Assembly (NCBI GenBank): GCA_965202585.1
Contig: OZ241830.1
Location: 26,412,001-26,476,000, forward strand
Origin: Thalia democratica
Taxonomy: Eukaryota
Reading direction: 5' to 3'
DNA length: 64,000 bases
The notes under the pieces are model-generated. The model ran no database searches and was not told the origin of the DNA. It saw only the letters and a program-made list of their open reading frames with translations. Each line of letters opens with the position of its first letter. The stretch's first letter is position 1. This document shows positions 40,701-50,440 of this stretch, piece after piece. A program made the position numbers and the translations under genes.

Positions 40701-43381
40701 CGACACCAGAGTGTGCCTTGCCGGTGTCTGCACCGAAGCTCTCGAAAGGGCTGTACCTTGCGAAAGCGGAGTTGTCTGCACCGTCTACAGCGATTGGATG
40801 ATCGGATCTTGCAGCGCTACTTGCGGCGCCGGACAAAGGGTCGACCGCAGGCAGTGCGTTGCGGGAACTTGCACCGAACCGTTGGTCAGAACTAGAGACT
40901 GCGACAGCGGCGTCACCTGCATCGTCTACGGAGAGTGGATGATTGGTGCTTGCAGCGCAACTTGTGGAACCGGAATGAGGGTCGACAGGAGGCAGTGCTT
41001 GCAAGGTTTCTGCACTGAAGACCTCGTGAGAACTAGCCCGTGCAACAGCGGTGTCGAGTGCGTCGAGTACGGAAACTGGGTGATGGGATCTTGCAGCGCG
41101 ACCTGCGGAACCGGTGTCAGGGTCGACAGCAGACAGTGCCTGTCAGGAGTGTGCACCGAAGACCTCATGAGATCGTCTCCTTGCGACAGCGGCGTGCAAT
41201 GTGTCGTCTACGGCCCGTGGGTCGTCGGTTCGTGCAGCGCCACTTGCGGATCGGGAGTCAGGGTCGACACCAGAAGGTGCATGCAAGGAAACTGCATGGA
41301 GAGCCTCCAGAGGTCGATTCCTTGCGACAGCGGCGTCACCTGCGTTGTGTACGGCGAGTGGGTAATTGGAGAATGCAGCGCGTCGTGCGGAACTGGAATG
41401 AGGGTCGACCAGAGGGCTTGCCTCGCCGGCATGTGCACCGAAGACCTCACTAGATCACTGCCTTGCAACAGCGGTGTCGAGTGCGTCAGGTACGGAGACT
41501 GGGTCATCGGAACTTGCAGCGCCACCTGCGGCGCCGGAGTCAGAGTCGACCAGAGGGCTTGCTTGGCCGGCATTTGCACCGAAGACTTGGCCAGGTCCAC
41601 CCCTTGCCAGGCGACCGAGTACTGCACCACCTACAGCGAGTGGCTCCTCGGAACTTGCAGCGCCTCGTGCGGAAGCGGCACCAGGACCGACAGGAGGGTG
41701 TGCGTCTCCGGAACGTGCACCGAGTCCCTGGTAAGAACCCAACCGTGCGACAGCGGGAGGGCTTGCCAGGTGCAGGTCGTCATGAGCGAGTGGGTAGCGG
41801 GAACTTGCAGCGCAACGTGCGGCGAGGGCATGCGCGTTGACCAGAGGATGTGCATGCAGGGAGCTTGCACCGAGCCGATGACGAGGACGGTGCCATGCCA
41901 GGTGAGGGAGTGCATGAGAGCTGCCGTGTACGGGGAGTGGACCATGGAAAGCTGCAGTGTGAGCTGCGGAGTCGGTGAGAGGATACAGAGGAGGGCGTGC
42001 CTGGAGGGAATGTGCATGCAGGAGCTCGTCAGGAAGGTGCCATGCGACACCGGCGTCGCTTGCAGAACAGAAGGTTAGCGTTAAGCAAAAATAAACGACT
42101 TGATCTTATATTAATTAATATTTATAAACTATTTGTAAGCAAGTAAAGTTCGTGTCTTTGTTGAAAATTTTTCGAGATGTGTTAGGTTTGTTTTAAAGTA
42201 AAACTCAAGGAAAATATTTTGTAAAAACATATATACTAGCTTTAAATCAGGATGTAATACTTTCTTACTGTACTCAAGCTTTTAAAACTTCAAAAGTTTG
42301 ACGAAAACTTAGGTAGGTTAAAATTATCAAACAACTTTATTGTTAACGTTTTTTATAAAAACTCACCAAATTTTGGTGAGACGCAAAAAATTAGGTATAC
42401 AAAGTTTTTGAATACATTTATAAACATTTATAGCAATAAGAAAACATCATAGTCAAATAAAAAAAAAATTGAAACACAATTTTTTTTTTTTTCACAGTCA
42501 CCTGCCAGATTCCTGACTTGCGCTCGCTGAACATGGTCAGCCCCGAGAACAGGGTTTTCACCCAAGGGGATTCCCTTGTGCTCAACTGCGGCTTCGGCTA
42601 CGAGATGTCCGGCTTCAACGTCATCACCTGCCAGGGCAACGGCATGTTCACAGAAGTCAAGGCCACCTGCGTACAAAGTTAGCTTTTTTGTGTACTAGAG
42701 TTTTTGACTTAGGGCGGTTTCTAAAACAGGATTTCTAAAAATCGTTTTCATAATTGCCCACTTGGCAGAAACTGGAAAATAATCACGCGTTTTTAACACA
42801 TATTGCCTTTTTACTTTGTTTACCCATTTAATTTACTGCCCCTTATTAGTTGTAATAGTTGTTAGTCCCGATAGAGAATATCGCCCACGTTTAGAAACCC
42901 TGCTTTTAAAATATTTCTTATAAATAAAAGATATACGTTTTTAGATGTATTCAACAAAAAATTGTAAATATAACTTACATAATATCTTCAAACTCAAGGC
43001 CTTAAGCCGTCTTGGAAATTATTCAATTGACAAAAGTACGTAGATCAATAAAAAGTTTTTTGACAGAGTAGCATGTTAGTTTGTATAATAATATTATAAA
43101 ATATAAAAATATAAAAATCAATTTCAGTTAGAATAAAATATACAAGTCAATAATTACTTATATCTTAGAAAAATACCAACTAGTAATAAAAAGCTTATAA
43201 AATTAATGACAAAGTTTAATTTGTATTGCAAATTCTTAAGCTAAAAAACTGTAACACAAGTACGTAACTATAAAAATATTTTTATTACGATTGAAAAATA
43301 ACAAGCGTTAAGCTAAACAAAACCATTGTTGCAGGTTACGGCGGGTTGAGAAGCTACCTAGGAAGATGGAGAGAGGCTTAG
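28683..43381 (+). CDS. Giant secreted TSR-repeat protein, 2804 aa. join(28683-28737,30758-30880,31123-31257,31643-31756,34313-42073,42498-42677,43335-43381)
   Basis: All six introns are GT-AG and phase 1. The joined length of 8415 nt gives one open frame from MSRLSICLLLAYLALQTLA to ...YLGRWREA*. Domains: signal peptide, 2 EGF-like, PTA linker, 55 TSR-like, 1 CCP. Confidence 0.85.
30758..30880 (+). CDS. TSR gene coding exon 2: EGF-like module CDEPCRSTLPTSRCFTRALNGDMVCVCPYDQLLTNAGTCI
   Basis: GC-rich 123-bp exon, caaacag|...|gttagt, phase 1-1, six Cys with a C-x-C. Confidence 0.85.
31123..31257 (+). CDS. TSR gene coding exon 3: EGF-like module ..GCPRCPANSQCATNSGRFWCVCEPGFFSRNGVCN
   Basis: 135-bp exon, ctttacag|...|gtaagt, phase 1-1, EGF signature CxCxPGF...GxC. 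Confidence 0.9.
31643..31756 (+). CDS. TSR gene coding exon 4: Pro/Thr/Ala-rich mucin-like linker
   Basis: 114-bp exon, tttgtgcag|...|gtttgt, phase 1-1. Reads IVAMPVTFPPATAAPTAAPATQTPVTAAPATAAPVPR. Confidence 0.85.
34313..42073 (+). CDS. TSR gene coding exon 5: 55 tandem ~46-aa thrombospondin type-1-like repeats
   Basis: Uninterrupted 7761-bp frame. Unit consensus VYxxWxxGxCSxTCGxGxRxDxRxCxxGxCTExLxRxxPCxxxxC. Acceptor cctcacacag| at 34312; donor gaag|gttagc at 42073. Confidence 0.95.
38410..40083 (+). repeat. Intragenic higher-order repeat: 6 x 279 bp (a 47+46-aa TSR dimer, repeats 30-41)
   Basis: Near-identical strings recur at exactly 279 bp: aatgggaaataggagtatgt at 38981 and 39260; tgggttgtcggaacatgtag at 39541 and 39820. 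Confidence 0.9.
42498..42677 (+). CDS. TSR gene coding exon 6: sushi/CCP domain
   Basis: 180-bp phase 1-1 exon after a poly-T acceptor. TCQIP...G...LNCGFGYEMSGFNVITCQGNGMF.....TC has four Cys in the CCP pattern. Confidence 0.9.
42727..42902. mobile_element. hAT-like MITE (176 bp) in the last intron
   Basis: Terminal inverted repeats caggatttctaaa / tttagaaaccctg match at 12 of 13 positions. The 8-bp flanks ttctaaaa / cttttaaa could be a decayed target-site duplication. Confidence 0.5.
43335..43381 (+). CDS. TSR gene terminal coding exon (S)YGGLRSYLGRWREA*
   Basis: Acceptor ttgttgcag|, phase 1, locally GC-rich, TAG stop, AATAAA 130 bp downstream. Confidence 0.7.
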
Positions 43382-43510
43382 TGTGCGTTAGCATGGTGAA
43401 ATTGAAATAGTGCAAATTTTTTTTTTAATTTCTGTTTTCTAGCAACTTAAACTGCGAAAATTTATTACTTGTGTTTGCTTTTCATTAATTTTTAACGTGT
43501 TTGAATTTTG

Positions 43511-43516
43511 AATAAA
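43511..43516 (+). terminator. Putative polyadenylation signal of the TSR gene
   Basis: First AATAAA after the stop codon. Weak evidence in AT-rich DNA. Confidence 0.4.
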
Positions 43517-46500
43517 CTGTAACTAAAACAACTGGTCGAGTATTATTTATACATTAGAAATTGGAAATTTATATTAGCAATTTAGAAGTAGACCTGTTTA
43601 GTGAAATAATATGTACATACTTTTTCTCGTTAAACATTTTGAGGAATAATTAAAAATTAAATTTGACGAAAGCAAAAAGTATTAAGTAAGTTTTTATATT
43701 AAAGGTTAAAAACAAAAGAATTTTAAAGAAATTTTTTTTTTTATAAAAAAAAAAGACATCATCAGGCAAAAACAAGTTTTACTAATTAACTTTTAGTCCT
43801 TGAAACTTTTTATGACAATTTTGTTACTCAAAAAAACATGATATTCAAAAAGTGAAAGTAGGTTTTAAATTAATCTACGGTAGAAATATTTTAGCTAATT
43901 TATATTAAGCTATCACCCATTTCTAATAGTAAGTATTGAAAGCAAGTTTTTAATTACCTTAAAAGTCCAAACTAAATTTCATAATGTGCTGCTTTATACT
44001 TAAATATGCAATTGTGATTTATGCACGGTGTGTATTAGTTATGGCCTAATATAAAAGCAGCTAAGTTATGAAAAACTGTAGTTTAAAACCTCTTTACTCT
44101 CTATCATGATTGCTATAATTTTAAATTTTAATATATTATTTTGTATGGCAGTACTTTAGTGCAAAATTTAAGTCTTTGAATTAAAAACTTTAATAAAGTT
44201 AACTACATATATAATAAAACATGTTTTAAAGTATTATAATATTATTTTTTTTAACTTTAGTTTTAATACCCATTTTTGAACTTACATATTAACTACAATA
44301 GTAACTTGTAGAACAATTTTAACCTTCAATGGCACACTCTGTTTAAGTACTTAGGCTGGTAATTACAGAAACTGCTTTATTGCGCGTTAGAAATATACTT
44401 TAATAGACCAGTTTTAATTAAATGGAAGTTAGTATTCAAAAAGTTTTGCAAGTAAAAATGTTCATTAATTCTTTTTATGTTTTTTAATTTAACTTTCTGT
44501 AAAATAACATTCTTTTTAAACATAACAGTCACCCTTTTCAAACTATTCTTTTTACATCTAAACTTGTTGACTTTAAGTTTTACTCGATTTTAATTTCTTA
44601 TGTCAGTTTGAAATCTCAATATCCTTTAAAAGTCTTTGAAAAGTCTAAGAAACTTTTTAATAAAAAAACAAAACAAATAAATCTAACACCTATGAATATA
44701 ATTTAAATCTTTTTTTAACCGCACATTAATGTAAGCGTGCGAAGCAATATTTAATAACTTTTACATATTGTTAATCTGACTTTGAAAGACTTACCAAACA
44801 GGATTTATGATTTTAAGTAATGTTGATATTTATCTTTGCAATATAAATGCGATTACCGATATCAAAGTTAAATCAACATGTTAAAAGTTGTTTAAGTTTT
44901 CTGATAAATGGCTTAAATTTGTTTTAATTAAATTCTAAGGTTTACAGTACTCAACTTTATAAAACTAATTAAACTTTTACAAATAAAGTTTGATGCTTAA
45001 CTTTTAAATAGATAGTAGAAAAATGTAGTCTTAAAAAAAAGTATTTAGTTTGATTGTTTTAAGTTTAAATATTACTACTCTTTTGAAACAAAATTATTTA
45101 CAAAAAGATATTTAAACTCTTTTATTTCTTTTTATTTATCGTTTTCTTTTAGATTTATAATTACATAATAGTAACCTTTTGGTTGCTGATTGTTATAAGA
45201 GCTATTTTTAAAGAGTTTTTCTTTTATGAATCAGTTATAAGTTTTATCAAAACAGAACTTTCTGAAAATTTTCTACACTTTAAAACGTATTCAACACAGT
45301 TAAAAGGTTTAATCAAAATCTATTTAAAACATAATTTAATGTATAATTTTTTAATGAAATTTATACAAAGGGTTCACTAAAAACTATAGTTTTTATTCTA
45401 AGATATTAATAAAACATTTAATGTCGATCTGTATATATAGACAAATATTAAAATACAATTTTTATGAGTTTTTAAAAGATTGCTTAATACATAAGTATAT
45501 ATAGAGTTGGTGTGACAGAAGGTATTTATACTTTTAATTTAAAAAAGTAATATTGTCAATGTTAAGGTTTTTTTTAAATAAACAAGTTCATAAAAACCAC
45601 TAAAAGAAATATTAAATTTAGTCATTGTAGTCGATTTAGTGGTTTAAATGTCTCATAAAAACCGGAAATACCTCATATAACTTAACTTAAATAGAATAAA
45701 TAGTTTATTGTGATTTGTAATTGTTGATTTATGTCTACGATAATCTTTTTATGGTAATGTTGGTTATAGGGCTTTATTAAATCCATTTTTGAAGTAAACA
45801 CTCTAGGTACAATGTTGTTTTTATTGATTAAAAAAAAGTCAGTAATAAAAAGAACAGTTAGTATTTATTATTTTTGGCGAAGCCATGGCTGAGCCTTAAC
45901 TTAGTGAAACTATATTTTTCTAAACAGATCTTACTTAACTGTGTTATTAATTTAGTACCACTAAATAAAAAGTAGGACATGTTGCACAATATGAGTTATT
46001 TTATAATATGATGTTGAGTGTATTAATTTTTTTTTAAAGCTTTTAGTTTTTGCTATGTAGAATAAAGTTGAATATTTACAAAATTTCTTGAAACAAGCTT
46101 TCATTTATTTTTTAAAATGTGTTAATTAGTCTCAAACGGCAACTAAATACAAAAGTTAAATTCTAATTCTAATTATTATGATCTGCTTTATATAATAAGT
46201 GATAAGTAAATGTGTATATTTACAAGAGTAGTACTTTACGGTCTTAGACTATGACTTAAATAAACATAAAAACTTGAGGGAAATGCTAGACTTGGTAAGT
46301 TCAAAAATTTTATACATTTTTTATAGCAGGTTGAGAAAATTAAAAACGAAGAGTGGCAAGTAAATTGTTATATAAAGTAAAAAAACACTTTTGGTACTAT
46401 GATTTCTTGAAAATTAATGATTAAAGCACTGGTTATGCTGTAATAACTATAGTTTTTTTACGAGTCAATTTATTAAAAATTTTCACTAATTTTAAAGCTC

Positions 46501-48173
46501 GTTAACTAATTTTAGCAAATGCTTTTAAAACCTTCATAAAGATTTTCAATTGTAATAAAACCAAACAATCGATTCAAAGCAATAGTCGATTAATTTAAAA
46601 ACAACCAATGAAATACGGATCATTCAATTAGAATGGTGCTTATTCCCTTTAATAAGCCGTATTTATCTTCTAAGTAGTTTAATAGTATTTTTCCCCTGAC
46701 AGTCAAAATAAAACTTTGGTTTAGCCAGACAAAGAATTTACAACTAATATTCTCTAAATAAATTTAATGCACAAGAGTATAGTACCATAAAAAAAATCTG
46801 ATTTAAATGCTTTTTTAAAGTACCATGAAAAACTTAAAATTGACTGAAATATTTTTTTTTACATAAGTTGCAGTTGATATGCTGCATTAATGATACATAA
46901 TGTACTTTTGTCCCCAAATAGTTTAAAGTATAGTACATATTTCTACATTTGAAAGAAAAATTAAACCTTAGTTTTTGTTTGCATAATCATGTTTAAAAAG
47001 TGAGAAGAATGCTATAGTAATTTTTAAATAACAAACACTACCTAAATCTTAAAATCAAATAATTTTGTACTATCTACCACTAATTATACTTTTTGTTTTT
47101 AATTAACACCCTCAGAATGACAACCATAATGCTTTATCTTTGTAACTTACTGAATTACTAAATATAATAAAAAACTATATATCAAACTTTTAAAAACATG
47201 CATACATTTTTACGAGATATACGGTTAAAATGTTAAATATACACAAATATATTACTAAATACTAACTTATGTATAAATATATTACTAGTTTTTAACTATA
47301 GTTTTTAATTATTAATTTGATTAAGTTTCGAAAATACAATACTATAAACAAAACTTTATACAAATAAAAAGTAACAACACACTTATTGAAAATAAAGGAA
47401 AACTAGAAACTGTCTATTTGTTTTTAGAAATTACAACAAAAACAATTAAAAAGCTATATAAATTGAAAAGTTATAATTTATTTTTGAATTTGAATTGATG
47501 AAACATATCGAAACATTGGTACAAGTTATATAAAATATTTTATAAAGAAGGGTCTACACTTTTGGTTACCAGTTAAACAAGTCACATAGTTAAAACTGAG
47601 TTTGTTTATTTATTGCATAAAATATTTATGATCCAAAAAATACTTTAGTTGAAAATATTTCATTTACATTAAACTAGTTTTTGTCGAAGTACTTTTAATG
47701 ATGTTCAAAACACTTGAAAAATTTAGAAACAAACATAGTGCAATGTTCTGTCTTAAATCAAAATCGTTTGTGATACTATACTATACGATTCAAACGACAA
47801 GATTTAAAATCAAATAAATTTTCTCGCTTAATTATGGCTTAAATTAGTCTAAAACATAGAAACTGTTAGCTATGTTAGCTTTTCTAGATCTAAATAAACA
47901 TGTATACAGTTACAAAGTATATACAACTTTGTTATACAAACTAGTGCGTAGCTAATAAAGTAAAACGAGCTGTTATAACTTTTTACTACTTTTAAAATAT
48001 TTTCTTTACTTTAACGTCGAAAAACGTAGGAAAATAATAATCTCTTTACATGCTTATACTATTAAAAAAGTACAACTATCAAAAAACGCTGTGTTATTAA
48101 ATGTTTGCTTTAAGTCAAATTTAAAACTTTATTGTTACTTATATAAAATACAACGGTCCAGTATGATATAAAA

Positions 48174-48611
48174 CTAAGTTTGAAAACTAGTAAAAGACAA
48201 ATTCAATAATACACTAATGTAAAATAAAGAGTTTAAACTAATTTTGTTTATTACTTTGATTGAACTTAAGCTATTTTCAAAGTTGCACAAATCTGTGTCG
48301 CAACAAGTGATTGTGAATTTCACGTTACTCAATCCTTGATAGCCATGTTCGTAGGTTCCTGGTTTCGTACAGTACATGGAATCCCTGCAACCTTTTGATG
48401 TACAAAAATCTTGATCCCCGCACGTGAAGTATGGAACTGCACCGTTTACAATTGTAGCAGTTGCACAGAAGTCCGAGAATTCCGGTTCGCATTCTTCAAT
48501 GGTTACATTTGATGGAGAAATATCTACATCTCTAAACTCATAGCACTTTAAACCGACACAATTAACAAACAAGTAGCTCGAACAAAATATGACAGTTAGT
48601 GAAAATCTCAT
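48174..48611 (-). CDS. Ly6/uPAR three-finger protein 1, 145 aa, signal peptide and probable GPI anchor
   Basis: Intronless ORF: hydrophobic leader, LKCYE start, 10 Cys, CCDTDLCN end, hydrophobic C-terminal tail. Confidence 0.92.
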   Translation of the reverse strand: MRFSLTVIFCSSYLFVNCVGLKCYEFRDVDISPSNVTIEECEPEFSDFCATATIVNGAVPYFTCGDQDFCTSKGCRDSMYCTKPGTYEHGYQGLSNVKFTITCCDTDLCNFENSLSSIKVINKISLNSLFYISVLLNLSFTSFQT

Positions 48612-48637
48612 GTTGCATTTAAATTATATGAGGAGAC

Positions 48638-48652
48638 TTCGGCGCTACTTAA
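48638..48652 (-). promoter_or_regulatory. Conserved 15-bp motif TTAAGTAGCGCCGAA upstream of Ly6 gene 1
   Basis: Identical in all three paralogs (48638, 54996, 59649), 24-32 nt from the ATG, in otherwise diverged flanks. Confidence 0.6.
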
Positions 48653-49873
48653 AAAGTTTATCTCTTTTTTATAGATTTTTTTTTGCTTATACAAACCGAT
48701 TAAAAAACAATCGGTTTGTATTACTTCCTTTGTTTGGTGACTTTCATGATATTCAAAATTTTAAACAAAAGCACCTAAACTTCTAATTTGCGCACAAAAT
48801 TAAAACATGAAGTTATATGATAATAACCCTAACACACATTTTACAATTAATTTTCCTTTATGAAACTAATTAGTGTTTATGGTGTGATAAATTGGGTTTT
48901 TGCATTATGAATTATTATTGCTGTACGATTAATTTTGACTACGATTTACTACAAAAGAAAATAAGAAGTTACTAAGGTCAATGATTAAATATAAATCATA
49001 GGAATCATATAGTAAATAAAATTTAAAAACTTAATTTGTTGTCACAAGCTATAAAATATTGTTGTTATTTACGAAGACTTATTGTATAAAAGCTTTAAAT
49101 ATTAAAAGTGTTTTCAAAAACCTTATCGGCAGTCAGTTTAAATGTTTCGTTTCTCCTTAAGATACCATTTATTGAAAAATTATTTCTAGTAAGACATCAG
49201 CTTAAAATTATTAATGATGAAGATTTACTTTATTATTCAGATTGTAGTTAAGATTTACCTTAAGCTTGACGTTAACTTTATCTAAATAAATAATCTTCGT
49301 TGTACTACAGAAATCACCAAAGTGCTTCCCCCGGGACACATGCGACAGAAACTTCGTTATACAAATGAAATGAAACAAAAAATAACTTGTGTAATTTCTA
49401 TATTTTTGCTTCAAGGATTGGTATCCTTGTTTCGTTCACTTTTACATACAAAAGTATTAACTTAATAGCATTGATTAAAAAAACATCAATGTTAGTATTA
49501 CAAAATGTTGCATCATAGTAATAAAGAAAAACTTAAACTATTTAATTTCTTTTAAACCATTAATAATCTGAAAACAATCCCTAATAAAAAAAGAACTGAA
49601 AACATTAGCAGTTAAGAAAGTTTAAGATAAATATCAAAGTAAAAAGACAACTAACTTTTTGTTGTAAACACTTTTTGGCTTATTATCATTTCATTATAAT
49701 ATTATCATTATTATTAGCTCGCATGCGGAAAGTTCTAACTTGCTCATTTTCAATCTAAAACTTTCATGTCTTTAAATTTGTAGGAAGAGTAGTTTACTTG
49801 GCAAAATAAAAATATTACAAAGAAAAAGTTGCAGCATAAATCTATCAAGGCTCGGCTCTGGAATACCTTAGTG

Positions 49874-50010
49874 CAAGGGTTGGAAAACTGCGTTACGCGG
49901 GCTAACTGCAGTCCGCGAGCACGTTTTTTTTTAGATTGAATGTGACCCGTGAAATAAAAGCCTGCGACCCGCGAGCATGGAAACGTGGCCCGCTGAACGA
50001 AACTTTACTA
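49874..50010. mobile_element. Degenerate hAT-type terminus
   Basis: caagggttggaaaactgcgttacgcgggc..gtccgcg..gacccg..gacccgcg..ggcccgc resembles the CAGGG..CAAAC terminus plus repeated GGCCCGC subterminal motifs typical of hAT elements. Confidence 0.55.
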
Positions 50011-50195
50011 TAACTTGATTTTAACATGATGTTTTTTTTTGACTTTTTGCTGTAAATTGATTGGTTTCATTTGTAGTTCCTGTATAGCATTTAAATTTTT
50101 TTTTTCGTACATAGCGTTAATAAGTTTTACTGTTTAGGCTGGAAAATTAGAAAAAGACTGATTAGCATTCTAACAGTGTTTTTTCTCATTTAAAT

Positions 50196-50440
50196 CAAGG
50201 TTTCCTAAAATGGGCCAGACCAGACATGTTAAAAAGCTCTGCTTTGTTTACCCGAGCGTGAAATTACTAACTTAAAACAAACCAAAGTTTATACGCTTCA
50301 TTGCTGAATTACCATAGTAACTATTAGCATTTTACCAACTCTGGGCCAGACCACCCCCATAGGTACCATTTCAGAAATTTAGTGGGCCATAAGCTGCAAA
50401 AATGCCAAAAAAGGGTCGTGAGTAGTAAAGGAACAATAGT
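50196..50440. mobile_element. Second degenerate hAT-like fragment
   Basis: Begins caaggtttcctaaaatgggcc; tgggccagacca occurs twice (50211, 50342); gggtcgtgag lies near the right end. No intact TIR pair. Confidence 0.3.

Noticed and set aside
34291-42050. About 40 overlapping alternative-frame and antisense ORFs
   Set aside because: Shadows of a GC-rich, repetitive coding exon with few off-frame stops. No independent domain signatures.
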